This document shows, in pieces, positions 20,927 through 30,738 of a stretch of 64,000 nt of DNA. Numbering within the stretch: position 1 is the stretch's first letter; every line of letters starts with the position of its first letter. Both the position numbers and the translations under genes were made by a program. Where the stretch lies: assembly GCA_052034255.1 (NCBI GenBank), contig JBPOIU010000031.1:20355-84354 (forward strand), written 5' to 3'. This DNA comes from Planctomycetota bacterium. GTDB lineage: Bacteria; Planctomycetota; B15-G4; JADJEK01. The notes under the pieces are model-generated. The model ran no database searches. It had not been told where the DNA came from and saw only the letters and a list, made by a program, of their open reading frames with translations.

Positions 20927-23074
20927 TCACGGCAGCGGACCACCATCGTTGCCGACGACGATCGCGATCGCCCACAGTTGGGGATGTGCGGTATCGGTCG
21001 CGGCGAATCCTCGGGGGAAGCGCGGCCGGGCCGTGCCGTCCAGCCAATCGAGGGACGCGGCGCGCGCAGCGTCGGCCGCGGGCAGGTTCGCGCCGTGGCG
21101 ATGGAAGGCCGCCATCCACGCGGCGCCCGCACGGTCGTCGACCGGTCGCAGCGTGGAGATGACGCAGGACGCGCCGCGGAACAGGAACGCGCGCCACAGA
21201 CCGAGCATGCCTTCGCCCGGCCGCAGCGGTCCGAGCGCCGTGCCGCACCCGGAGAGCACGACGCGAACGCCGGGAGTCAACGGCAGCGGGTCGTCGGCGC
21301 CCGCGACACGCTCGAGATCCAATCGACCATCCAGGCCCGCGCCCGGCGCAAGGCGCAGCACGGCGCGGCGTTGATCCGCGCGTGTCCATTCCGCGTGACA
21401 CGCGAGATGCAGCCAACCCGTCGGCGCCCGGCGCAACGCCGCCCGCAGGCGCGGCAACGTCGCCATCGGACCTTCGAGGATCTCGCAATCCCGATGCGCT
21501 TTGCACAGCGCGGTCGCCTCGCCCCGCGCGTGGACCAGACGCGGGAGTCGCGCGTCGTCGAGTTGCGGGTCCAGCACCGCCACCGCGCGATCGGCCGCGT
21601 TCGGCGCGGGGAGCGCGCGCAGCGTCGACAGCGCCGGAACGCGCAGCACGCTGGTGGAACGGACGACGTACGGGAGCGCGGCGAACGACGCCGCGGTCGT
21701 GGGTGCGGTGACCAAGGCCTCGAACGGGATCCCCTCGAGCGGGCCATTCACGAGCAGGACGAGGCGCCGTGGCGCCACGGCGGGGTCGGCGAACGCGTCG
21801 GCCACCGGACCGCAGAGCGACGCGAACAACGCGAAGGCATCGCGCGCGTAGTCCGCCGCGGCGCCGCGCAGGCCGTCGGGAGCGAACCACTGCTCGAGGA
21901 AGCGATCGGCCACCGCTTCGATCGCGTCGCACCGACCGAGACTCCGCAGCGCGAATCGTTCGCGATGGCGGTACATCACGACCAGTTCAGCGGGGGAGTC
22001 GTGCGGCACGGCGCAGAAGAGCCGTAATCGCGCGACGTCCGCATCGACTTCCGGAGTCGTCGTCGCACGCTCGATTCCCCGCGCGGCGTTCGAGCGGCGC
22101 AACGCGGTCGACAGCGTGGTCGCCTGCAGGTGGTCGACGACCGTCTCGGCGAGCGCGAGCGCGCGTTCCTCGTCGGCGGGACGACGCATCGCGAGATGCG
22201 CCAGCTCGAGGACGAGGTCGCTTTGCAACCGCTGCGCGCGATCGGACCAGAACAACATGTCGTTCAACGTGAGGCCGGCCTGGAGGCCGGCGTCGAGCGC
22301 GCGCTGCCGTTCGAACGTGGATTCCGCGAGGTCGAGATCGTCGCAGCGCACCGCCAACACCGCGGCGAGATGGACGCTGTCCCGAAGTTCGGGGAGCAGG
22401 CCCGCGTCGGCGATGCGTTCGAGTTCCGCCTGGTGGCGCGCGAGCACGCGCAGCGCGAGCCGGGGATCACCGGCGACCGCGAGGTTCGTCGCGCGCCGCC
22501 GCAAACACCGAGCTGCCGAGCGCGCCTCGCCGAGTGCGCGGAACACCGCCTCCGCGGCACGGAAATCGCCATCGGCGGCGTGGACCGCGCGCAGCCTCGT
22601 GCGCACGTTGCCGCGCCATTCCAGGCGGATCGCGCGCTGCAACGAGGTAGCCCCTTCGAGCGACGCTCCGTACAGCGCTTCCGCCGCCGACAGCGCGGCG
22701 CGCTGTCGCTCTGCGTCCTGCTGCGGTCGTGAGCGCTGGAACTCCGCACGAGCGAACGCGACCTCGCCCGCGAACGTCGCGTCGACCGGGAGCGCCGCGA
22801 GCGCTGCATCGAGTTCCGCCGCGACGTCGAACCGGCCGCGCCATACCGCCGCGCGCAGACGCAAGCCGAGGAGTCGCCGCGCGAGCGGATCCGCCGCGTC
22901 GAACTCCATGTGCTCGAGCGTGGAGAGATCGGATTGCGCCGCGTCGAGATCGCCGCGATCGAGCGCCGCCGCCACGCGGTCGAGGACCGCCCCCGCCTCG
23001 GGCGGGCGCGGTTCGGCGCGGATCGCGCCTGCGATCAGCCACACGGCGAAGATCACGCGAGCGAACGTGCCCAT
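20927..23074 (-). CDS. Secreted TPR-like + CHAT (caspase-like) protease
   Basis: Signal-like MGTFARVIFAVWLIAGAIRA; helical repeats; catalytic His (LHLACHA) and Cys (VVLSGCGT); HPQLWA C-terminal motif. Confidence 0.85.
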   Translation of the reverse strand: MGTFARVIFAVWLIAGAIRAEPRPPEAGAVLDRVAAALDRGDLDAAQSDLSTLEHMEFDAADPLARRLLGLRLRAAVWRGRFDVAAELDAALAALPVDATFAGEVAFARAEFQRSRPQQDAERQRAALSAAEALYGASLEGATSLQRAIRLEWRGNVRTRLRAVHAADGDFRAAEAVFRALGEARSAARCLRRRATNLAVAGDPRLALRVLARHQAELERIADAGLLPELRDSVHLAAVLAVRCDDLDLAESTFERQRALDAGLQAGLTLNDMLFWSDRAQRLQSDLVLELAHLAMRRPADEERALALAETVVDHLQATTLSTALRRSNAARGIERATTTPEVDADVARLRLFCAVPHDSPAELVVMYRHRERFALRSLGRCDAIEAVADRFLEQWFAPDGLRGAAADYARDAFALFASLCGPVADAFADPAVAPRRLVLLVNGPLEGIPFEALVTAPTTAASFAALPYVVRSTSVLRVPALSTLRALPAPNAADRAVAVLDPQLDDARLPRLVHARGEATALCKAHRDCEILEGPMATLPRLRAALRRAPTGWLHLACHAEWTRADQRRAVLRLAPGAGLDGRLDLERVAGADDPLPLTPGVRVVLSGCGTALGPLRPGEGMLGLWRAFLFRGASCVISTLRPVDDRAGAAWMAAFHRHGANLPAADAARAASLDWLDGTARPRFPRGFAATDTAHPQLWAIAIVVGNDGGPLP

Positions 23075-23133
23075 GGAAGTCCCGCATGCGCGCGGAACCA
23101 GCGCGAGGACGCGCCGGTCTGGTGAGGCCGAGC

Positions 23134-23160
23134 ACATGAATCCATCGGGTGGATTCATGT
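23134..23160. terminator. Perfect 11-bp inverted repeat between the aminotransferase stop and the CHAT gene (terminator or operator)
   Basis: acatgaatcca-tcggg-tggattcatgt. Confidence 0.55.
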
Positions 23161-23164
23161 TGTC

Positions 23165-24430
23165 TCAACCTTCGCGCAGCATCTGCTCGAGTCGGCTCAG
23201 ACCGAGTTTCACGTTGTCCAGCGGCGGACCGAACGAGAAGCGCATCCACGATGCATCGGGCGAAGCTCCTCGTCGATATCCGCCGGGATTCACGTCGAAG
23301 AACCGACCGGGGACCGTCATGACCTTGCGCTCGAGCGCGCGACGGAAGAACACGTCGGGATCGTCGAATGGCGCGGGCAGCCGTTCCAGCGAGCCCCAGC
23401 AATAGAAGGTGCCGAGCGGTTCGTGGGCGAAGCGGACGCCGAGACGCTTCAGAGCATCGAGCATGACGTTGCGTTTCTGCGCGAAGACCTTGCGCACGGC
23501 TTTGGTCTCCTGATCCGCACGCTTCGGTTCCAGTGCGAGCAGCGCGGCACGCTGCGCGATGCGGGACGGCCCGCCGTCGATCGCGGACGCGGTGCGCGCC
23601 ATGCTCTGCACCATCGCGCTCGGACCGACCGCCCAGCCGACGCGCCAGCCGGGATAACGAAAGCTCTTCGTCAGTCCGTCGATCAACACCACCGGATCGC
23701 GCTCGACGTCGTCGACGGCTTGGGCGCCCGACACCGGACCCGCGCCCGGCTTGCCATCGGCCGTATAGATGTAGTGGTTGTAGAACTCGTCGAGCAACAA
23801 CGTCACGCGCCGCTTGCGCGCGATGCGCACGAGCCCGTCCAACGCGTCGTCGGAGAGCAGGGCTCCCGTCGGATTGGTCGGATTCGACAGCAGGAACGCG
23901 GACAGGCCGAGGTCTTTCACCGCGCGTTCGAAGCGAGCAGGCGGCACGGTGAACCCGTCCTCGGGGCGAGCACGCACCGGTACGGCGGACAGCCGCGCGA
24001 GGTGCGTCGTCAGCATGTCCTCGTACGCCGTGTAGTCGGGAACCTGGTACCCGACCACGCACGACGACAGCGCGGCCATCGCGCGCGTGAGGCCGAGCCG
24101 GCCGCCTTGCACGATCGCGACGTTCTGCGGCCCGTACTGGCTGCGCTTGCCCTTGCGGAACAGCCGGTTGTAGTGCGCGGCGACGCGCTCGCGCAATTCC
24201 GGGATGCCTTCGAGGGGACCGTAGGCGTGGTCGCTCGGATCGATGTCGACCGACTCGATGCGCGGTGGCGCGCCCGTCATCGGGCCGCATTCGGGCTGAC
24301 CTTGCCCGAGGTTGCACCAATCCGGATGACCATTGCGGAAGCCGAGCTTCATCGCCTCGGCGACCACCCAGATCACGCCCATGTAGGGCACGTCGCGGAA
24401 TGCGCCACGGTCGTCGTCGGTCGTCGTCAT
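23165..24430 (-). CDS. PLP-dependent aminotransferase class I/II
   Basis: LSNPTNPTG, LLDEFY, DGLTKSFRYPGWRVGW (PLP lysine). Confidence 0.92.
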   Translation of the reverse strand: MTTTDDDRGAFRDVPYMGVIWVVAEAMKLGFRNGHPDWCNLGQGQPECGPMTGAPPRIESVDIDPSDHAYGPLEGIPELRERVAAHYNRLFRKGKRSQYGPQNVAIVQGGRLGLTRAMAALSSCVVGYQVPDYTAYEDMLTTHLARLSAVPVRARPEDGFTVPPARFERAVKDLGLSAFLLSNPTNPTGALLSDDALDGLVRIARKRRVTLLLDEFYNHYIYTADGKPGAGPVSGAQAVDDVERDPVVLIDGLTKSFRYPGWRVGWAVGPSAMVQSMARTASAIDGGPSRIAQRAALLALEPKRADQETKAVRKVFAQKRNVMLDALKRLGVRFAHEPLGTFYCWGSLERLPAPFDDPDVFFRRALERKVMTVPGRFFDVNPGGYRRGASPDASWMRFSFGPPLDNVKLGLSRLEQMLREG

Positions 24431-24537
24431 GGATTCCTCGAAGGGGCGAGCGGAGCGATGCGTGCGGCAGGATGCGGCGTCGGCGCCGCCGCCGGCCGCT
24501 CATCGCGCGCCGTGGACGTCAAGGCAGGCGCGGGAGT

Positions 24538-26178
24538 CTACGGGCGGGTCGCCGTCGGTCCACCGGGTAGCGCGGCGGAGGGCGAACCGAGGCGTGGGAC
24601 GCGGAGGACCGGGAACTCTTCGCCTTCGCGCAGCCAGGGACCGAACGAGTTCCACGTCACGAGCCCGTCCTCGCATTGCGGCTCGAGCAGGATCACGCAC
24701 AGCGTGCCGAGCCGTTGCGCCAGATCGACGCGGATCCAACCCGCGGGAATGGTCCGTGTCGCCGCGATGGTCTCGGTGTCGACCGAGACCTCGTGATGAC
24801 CTTCGAACGGACGGCTCGCGGTCGTGACCTTCTTCACGATCTGGATCTCGACTGGCGTTTCGAGAGGCTGCTCCAAGCGCTCGAGGACCACGCCGTGCTC
24901 GCGCAGTTTCGCGATCACGGTCTCGCACTTCGGATCGATCAAGTACGCGCGCGGTCGTTCGACCGTCAGCGTGCCTTCGAAGTGGTCGTAGTGCAGGACC
25001 TCGACGTCGTGCGGTGTCGTCGTCGGATGCGTCTTGCCGTGTTCATCGGTCGTTTCGACGACGCCGAGGATCGTCACCGGCGCAGGGGCCGCCGCCATGC
25101 GCGTGCGGATCGGCACCGGATCGGATCCGTGCCGGGTCGCCTTCGCGATCGTCTCGGCTTCCGCGCGCGCGAGCGTGTCGTCGAGCGTCGCCCGCCAGTC
25201 GCAGGCCAAGTCCACGCACTCGCGCACGAACTCGAGCGTGACGTCGACGCGCGTCGCGAATTCCGCGTAGGCGTAGGCTTCCGACAGGATGCACGCGCGT
25301 TGACGCAGCCCGCGGTACGGGTCTCCGAAGCGGGGCTGCGACGAGTAGGTTTCCCACGCCACGCGCTTCGCGTCGAAATTGCCGTAGAAGAACGTCCGAT
25401 AGCCGGTCCGCTCGAACAGGCGCCGCGTGATCTCCGGCAGCATTCGCCCGCGCACGAGTTCTTCGAGCGGGCGTTCGGTCGCGGGGTGCAGCGGACCGTC
25501 GTACGTGAGTTCGTAGCGGTGGAAGCTGCCGTTCGTCGTGTGCGTGTCGATCGTCAACGCGGGATTCCAGCGGTCGTACAGCGCGGCCAACGCGCGCGAT
25601 TCCGGCGCTTCGAGCTTCACGTAGTCGCGATTGAGATCGAGACGCTGCGCGTTCGCTCGCTGTCCCATGCCGCGGATCGGCCCGATCTGTCCCGGGCGAT
25701 TGCCGACGTCGATGCGCTCGTTGCCGTCGGCGTTGTAGATCGGCGCGATCAGCAGCACGCATTGGTCGAGGATCGCGCGGTTGTCGCGATGGCGTGGGTT
25801 CAACAGCAGATCGCGCGCGAACATCAGCAGCGCTTCCTTGCCGCAGACTTCGCCCGCATGGATGTTGCCGAGCAACAGGATCACGAGCTTGTCCGCGTCG
25901 CGCGCCGCTTCGGGCGTCGCGCACGGCGGTTCCCCGATCACGAGCAACGGCAGCGGGCGGCCTTCGACGCTGACTCCGAAGTCCTCGCGGCGCGCGCGCG
26001 TGCGGTCGGTCGCGACCAAGCGATCGACCAACTCCACGACGTCGGCGTACAGCGCCGTCGCTTCGAAGTTCGTGCGTTCCGCGACGGTCCGTAGTTCGGG
26101 CGGCACTTCGACGCGCGGCGTCGAACACGCCGAGAGTGCACACGTGAGACCACCGACGACGAATCCGAGCCAACGCAT
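24538..26178 (-). CDS. M14 zinc carboxypeptidase-family lipoprotein
   Basis: LSAC lipobox; GNIHAGE, NADGNE, RANAQRLDLNRD, IDTHTTNG. Confidence 0.88.
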   Translation of the reverse strand: MRWLGFVVGGLTCALSACSTPRVEVPPELRTVAERTNFEATALYADVVELVDRLVATDRTRARREDFGVSVEGRPLPLLVIGEPPCATPEAARDADKLVILLLGNIHAGEVCGKEALLMFARDLLLNPRHRDNRAILDQCVLLIAPIYNADGNERIDVGNRPGQIGPIRGMGQRANAQRLDLNRDYVKLEAPESRALAALYDRWNPALTIDTHTTNGSFHRYELTYDGPLHPATERPLEELVRGRMLPEITRRLFERTGYRTFFYGNFDAKRVAWETYSSQPRFGDPYRGLRQRACILSEAYAYAEFATRVDVTLEFVRECVDLACDWRATLDDTLARAEAETIAKATRHGSDPVPIRTRMAAAPAPVTILGVVETTDEHGKTHPTTTPHDVEVLHYDHFEGTLTVERPRAYLIDPKCETVIAKLREHGVVLERLEQPLETPVEIQIVKKVTTASRPFEGHHEVSVDTETIAATRTIPAGWIRVDLAQRLGTLCVILLEPQCEDGLVTWNSFGPWLREGEEFPVLRVPRLGSPSAALPGGPTATRP

Positions 26179-26281
26179 GCGGCGCTCCGAGCGGTGAATC
26201 GACGAACGAGGGGAACGGGGGACGTTCGCGCCGACGCGTGTTGCGGGCGGTGACGGTGCGGACGTCGTTTCGGAACCGGCC

Positions 26282-26290
26282 CGCTATCAT
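26282..26290 (+). promoter_or_regulatory. -10 element cgcTATCAT
   Basis: Lies upstream of the hydrolase gene; shares the 13-mer tatcatccggccc with 12046. Confidence 0.45.
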
Positions 26291-26361
26291 CCGGCCCGGA
26301 TGCGCGGCTGCAAGCGTCGCGCGGATGCGTTCGCTCGGTCCCGGCGTGGCGGTGTCGTTCG

Positions 26362-27486
26362 ATGTACGTGCAGTTCCTCGGCATCGTCGTCGGAATCGGG
26401 ACGGGCATCTGGCTCGCGCTCGCGCTGTTGCTGTGGCTCGTGCTGCGTCTCGCGCACAAGAAGCCGCGGCGCTTCTGGTGGCCCGTGTTGGGCCTCGCGC
26501 TGGTGTTCATTCCGCTGCACGTGTTCGTGACCGCGCCCAACGCCGCCGCGTGGTTCGCGGTGCGGATGGCGCGAACGCGGGGCGACGAGATCTTCTACAC
26601 CGGGCCCAAGATCGCCGCGGACGGTCATTGGATCCTGCAGGAGCGTCGCAACTGGCGCGACGTGCCCGCCGACGCCGAGACCTCGCCGCGCGATCCGACC
26701 GAACCGCGTTCGCCGTACGAAGTGAACTTCGAGGCACGGGACGGCGTCGGCCTCCGAGGCTTCTTGGTGCTGCCCGCGCAGGCGCCGCCTCGGTTCGTCG
26801 CCGTGCTCGCGCATGGCTTGTGGCGCGGGGCGCTGGAGATCGAAACGGTCGGGGCGATGTTCCGCGAGCTCGGCGGCGCGGTCCTGCTGCTCGAAATGCG
26901 CAACCACGGCCGCAGTGAGCACGCGACGTTCACGTTCGGCGACCACGAGTCGTTCGACGTCGTCGCCGCGGTGTCGTTCGTGCGGGAGCGAGAGGACCTG
27001 CGCGATCTGCCGCTCGTGCTGTTCGGAGTTTCCCTGGGTTCGGCGGCCACGGCCCTCGCCGCGCCGCACGTCGATCGCTTGGCGGGGCTCGTCCTCGACG
27101 CGCCGATCGACTCGGTGGGCGCCGTCGCCGATCGCATGGTGAACGGCCGCCGCCGCTTCGTTCCGAGCTGGGCGTGGTCGGACCTGAAGCGCGCGCTCAG
27201 CCGGTGGTCGGAGACGTCGATCGACGACGTCGCGCCGAAGGTCGCTCTACGAGCGCTGGCGCCGGAGGTGCATGTGCTCGTGATCGGCGGAGCCGAAGAC
27301 GCGCGCTGTCCGCCGGAAGCGGCAGAGGCGGTGTTCGACGCGATTCCGACGCCCGCGACGAACAAGACGCTGTGGATCGAGCCCGACGCGGATCACGGCA
27401 AGGTGTGGCAGGTCGCGCCGGACAAGTACCGCGAACACCTGCGCGCGTTCATCGACGCGGTGTTGGCGGGTGCGCGACGACCTTGA
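26362..27486 (+). CDS. Membrane-anchored alpha/beta hydrolase
   Basis: Two N-terminal TM helices; LAHGL, MRNHGRSE, nucleophile GVSLG, D and H of the triad (GGAED, ADHG). Confidence 0.85.
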   Translation: MYVQFLGIVVGIGTGIWLALALLLWLVLRLAHKKPRRFWWPVLGLALVFIPLHVFVTAPNAAAWFAVRMARTRGDEIFYTGPKIAADGHWILQERRNWRDVPADAETSPRDPTEPRSPYEVNFEARDGVGLRGFLVLPAQAPPRFVAVLAHGLWRGALEIETVGAMFRELGGAVLLLEMRNHGRSEHATFTFGDHESFDVVAAVSFVREREDLRDLPLVLFGVSLGSAATALAAPHVDRLAGLVLDAPIDSVGAVADRMVNGRRRFVPSWAWSDLKRALSRWSETSIDDVAPKVALRALAPEVHVLVIGGAEDARCPPEAAEAVFDAIPTPATNKTLWIEPDADHGKVWQVAPDKYREHLRAFIDAVLAGARRP

Positions 27487-27538
27487 GCGCGGGCCGCGAG
27501 CGCACTCGGATCCCCGCGCGACGTCTCTTCCCGCTCCG

Positions 27539-28423
27539 TCAGCCGTAGCGAACGAGTGTTTCCTCGAGTCGCGTCTCGACGGCGCGCGCCGCGCTGGTCA
27601 ACAGCGCGGCATCGAGTCCGAGGCGGGCACAGGCCTCGCCGTCGAGCTCCGGGATCGTCGCTTGGTCCGTGGGACCGACGGTGCTGTGGTTCGAGAGGTT
27701 GCTCGCGACGTGCACCAGATCCGCGACCGCGAACACCTTGTCGTCGTGCGTCGCGCCGGCCGCGGCTTCCTGTTCGCGCGATCGACTCGGGTTCTCGTGG
27801 AAGCGGATGCCGATGACGATCGAGTCCGGCAGGCCCCAGCGTTGCGCGATCGTGCCACCGAGCGCTCCGTGACCGATGCCGAGGACCGCGGCTTCGGCCG
27901 CTTCGAAATCGAGTCCGGCTTCGGCGCGTGCCCGGTGCACCGATGCGGCCGTGTCGCGGTCGAGGAACCGATTCAGCACGAGCTTGCCGATGTCATGCAG
28001 CAGCGCGGCGGTGAAGGCCTCCGGCGGCAGCGAGACCTTGCGCACGAGCGGCTTCAGTACCTCGGCCGCGAGCGCCGCGGCCACCGAGTGCCGCCACAGT
28101 TCGCCTTCGCCGAGGCCGTAACCGGGCAGCGCTCCGCCTGCGGTGTTCTTCACCGAACTCGCCATCGCGAACGACAGCACGAGTCCCGATCCGAGCCTGA
28201 CCACCGCATCCTTGACCGTGCCGATCTGCGAGCGCGACGCGGACAGCGCCGAGTTCGCCGCCTTCAGCATCCGCGCCGTCAACGCTTGGTCGAGCTGGAC
28301 CACCTCGACGACTTCGCGCAGGTCGACGTCTTCCTTCGACACGATGGCCGTCAGGCGCGCGACGCTGGCCGGCAGCGGCTTCAGGGTTTGGGCGGAGGCG
28401 AGCACCGCGTCGAGGTCGAGCAT
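27539..28423 (-). CDS. HDOD domain protein
   Basis: LKPLP, DQALTARMLKAANSA, LWRHSVAAA, ALLHDIGKLVL, WGLP...IRFHENP. Confidence 0.9.
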   Translation of the reverse strand: MLDLDAVLASAQTLKPLPASVARLTAIVSKEDVDLREVVEVVQLDQALTARMLKAANSALSASRSQIGTVKDAVVRLGSGLVLSFAMASSVKNTAGGALPGYGLGEGELWRHSVAAALAAEVLKPLVRKVSLPPEAFTAALLHDIGKLVLNRFLDRDTAASVHRARAEAGLDFEAAEAAVLGIGHGALGGTIAQRWGLPDSIVIGIRFHENPSRSREQEAAAGATHDDKVFAVADLVHVASNLSNHSTVGPTDQATIPELDGEACARLGLDAALLTSAARAVETRLEETLVRYG

Positions 28424-28637
28424 GCGGCGGTTCCGTGGGCGGGTGGGAGGGGAGTGGCCGCGAGCGGGCGCACGCGGCGCGATCCCAGGGATCGCTTCCT
28501 GGATCGGCATTCGCCGAGGCGCACGTGCAGGCAAAAAGTGCCAACCGACGTCGCGCGCCGCGCCGTGCCGCACCGCATCCGGAGGCGACGCCTCGCTGCC
28601 AACCGCGGTCTCGACCGCTCGCTCGTGACTCGGCCGA

Positions 28638-29345
28638 TCACGGCTCGGGCGTCTTTGCGAACGGGTCGAGCGCGAGGTGCGTGAGGTCGACGGTGCATGC
28701 GCGCGCCTGCCGCAGCCGGTCGAGGTACGTGGCGCGCGCGATCGCGAACGCACCCATGCTGGCGAGATGCTCGGTGACGTATTGGACGTCGAACAGCCGG
28801 ATGCCGGCGCGAAACAGGCTGCGCACCGCCACGACCAACGCCACCTTCGACGCATCGGTGGCGCGATGGAACATGCTCTCCGCCGCGAACGCGGCTCCGC
28901 GTTGGACGCCGTACAGTCCGCCTGCCAATGCCGTGCCGCTCCACACTTCGATGCTGAACGCGTGTCCGAGGCGATGCAGCTCGACGTAGGCGGCCCGGAT
29001 TCCCGGCAGGATCCACGGGTCCGGGCGCCCCTCGGCACAGCCATCGATGACCGCCGGGAACGAGGTGTTCCAAGTCCAGCGGAACGTCGATCCGCGCAAC
29101 GTCCGCGCCAGGCGGCGGGACACATGCAGGCTCGCGGGGGTCACGATCGCGCGCGGATGCGGGGACCACCACAGGGGCGGCGAGTCCTCGCCGAAACACG
29201 GGAAGATGCCGTGGTCGTAGGCATCCAGTAGGCGCGATACCGACAGATCCCCGCCGTACGCGACCAATCCGTCGGCCTCGGCATGGCGCGGGTCCGGGAA
29301 TCCAGGCGCTCCACCGGCCGGCAAGAACCACGGCAGTGGTTTCAT
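28638..29345 (-). CDS. aat: Leucyl/phenylalanyl-tRNA--protein transferase
   Basis: AYGGDLS, YDHGIFP, WWSPHPRA, AGGLYGV, ESMFH, DASKVAL, LFDVQ. Confidence 0.93.
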   Translation of the reverse strand: MKPLPWFLPAGGAPGFPDPRHAEADGLVAYGGDLSVSRLLDAYDHGIFPCFGEDSPPLWWSPHPRAIVTPASLHVSRRLARTLRGSTFRWTWNTSFPAVIDGCAEGRPDPWILPGIRAAYVELHRLGHAFSIEVWSGTALAGGLYGVQRGAAFAAESMFHRATDASKVALVVAVRSLFRAGIRLFDVQYVTEHLASMGAFAIARATYLDRLRQARACTVDLTHLALDPFAKTPEP

Positions 29346-29468
29346 GCAATCCCCTCGAAGCTTGACCGGGCGCGGTTCGCGCAGTCGACTGTCGGCCGGG
29401 TGGGTGAAGCGTGCGGAGCCCGAGTCGGGCTCCGTCGTCGTGAAAGCGAGACCTTCGTGCGTCGAATC

Positions 29469-30716
29469 ATGGCGTGGAGCGCCGGAATCGTCATCGGCTT
29501 GTGCGGGCAGGCGTCCCGCGCGGTCGCCGCCGAGTTCACGGCCGGCAATCTGTTCTACACCGCGACTTCGGCCGATCTCGTCGTCGAGGTGGCGTCGAAC
29601 GGCACCGCGGTGAAGAGTTACGGACCTTTCGCCAACTTCGATCAGCCTGCTGACGTCGCGTTCGGCCCGGACGGACTCATGTACGTCGCGGTGCGGGGTT
29701 CGAACCGTGTGACGAAGATCGACGCGGGCGGCGCGGTCGTCGGTGCGGTTGGCACGACCTCGGGTTTGACGAATCCGGTCGCGGTCGCGTTCACGGCCGA
29801 CGGTCACCTGCTGGTCGCTTCCGAGAATCAAAACCTCGTCTACGAATACGATCGCAACGGCACGTTCCTGCGTTCCTTCGGCGCCGGCAGCGGACTCACG
29901 GTCCCGCGCGGGATCGCGGGGACGCCCGGGGGGCACGTCTTCGTGTCGTCGGCGGGCACCAACCGCGTGCTCGAGTTCGACTCTTCGGGCGCCTTGCTGC
30001 GCGAGCTCGGAGCGGGCTCGACGTTGGTCGCGCCCGCGCGCGTCGAGCTCGGCGCCGACGGCCGCCTGTGGGTCGCATCGCAGAGCTCGAGCGAAGTTCT
30101 GGCGTTCGATGCCGCGGGCGACGTCGTCGCGACCTTGGGCAGCGGTTCTCCGCTCGCTTCGCCGGTGCGCAGCGCGCGCGGCGCGGATGGTCGCCTCTAC
30201 GTCACCGACGCGGCGGCGGCGCGCATCGTCGTATTCGATGCGCTCGGCGCGCCGTTCTCGACGATCACCGGCCTGACGCAGGCGCCGTCCGGCCTCGCGA
30301 TCGCGCCGCAGCGCTTCAGCGTGACGATCAAGGGCAAAGCCGATCGCATCGGGCTGTCGACGGTCAACGTCAAGGAGACCGCGACGCTGTCCGTGCTGCC
30401 GGGCTCCGGGTTCGTCCAGATCGACCTGATCGACGACACGGGCACGGCGCTCGATCTCGCGACGCTGTTCGCGACGCGCACGTGGTCGGGGACGGGATTC
30501 GAACTCGCGCCGTCGCCGAAGCTGCGCACGCTGCAGTCGTTCGGCGTCGGTCCCGAAGCGCAGCAGACCGGCATCGCGACGTTCGCGCTGAAGCTGAAAG
30601 GCAAGACCGCGAGCACGGGCGCCTTCCGCGCCACGGGAGTGGCGGGCAGCTTCGCGTTCGCACGCGAAGGCCGCGCGTTCATCGGCGCCATCAAGTCGAA
30701 GAAGGCGCTCAACTGA
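29469..30716 (+). CDS. Secreted NHL-repeat beta-propeller protein with extra C-terminal beta domain
   Basis: Signal peptide; about 6 repeats of P-x-x-V-A-F-x-x-D-G-x-L-Y-V (PADVAFGPDG, PVAVAFTADG, PRGIAGTPGG). Confidence 0.8.
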   Translation: MAWSAGIVIGLCGQASRAVAAEFTAGNLFYTATSADLVVEVASNGTAVKSYGPFANFDQPADVAFGPDGLMYVAVRGSNRVTKIDAGGAVVGAVGTTSGLTNPVAVAFTADGHLLVASENQNLVYEYDRNGTFLRSFGAGSGLTVPRGIAGTPGGHVFVSSAGTNRVLEFDSSGALLRELGAGSTLVAPARVELGADGRLWVASQSSSEVLAFDAAGDVVATLGSGSPLASPVRSARGADGRLYVTDAAAARIVVFDALGAPFSTITGLTQAPSGLAIAPQRFSVTIKGKADRIGLSTVNVKETATLSVLPGSGFVQIDLIDDTGTALDLATLFATRTWSGTGFELAPSPKLRTLQSFGVGPEAQQTGIATFALKLKGKTASTGAFRATGVAGSFAFAREGRAFIGAIKSKKALN

Positions 30717-30738
30717 CGGACAGAGTGCTCGCCGCGGG

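Noticed and set aside
23075-23158. Longer CHAT start at ATG 23158
   Set aside because: That ATG lies inside the 11-bp palindrome and would bury the signal peptide; 23074 is preferred.
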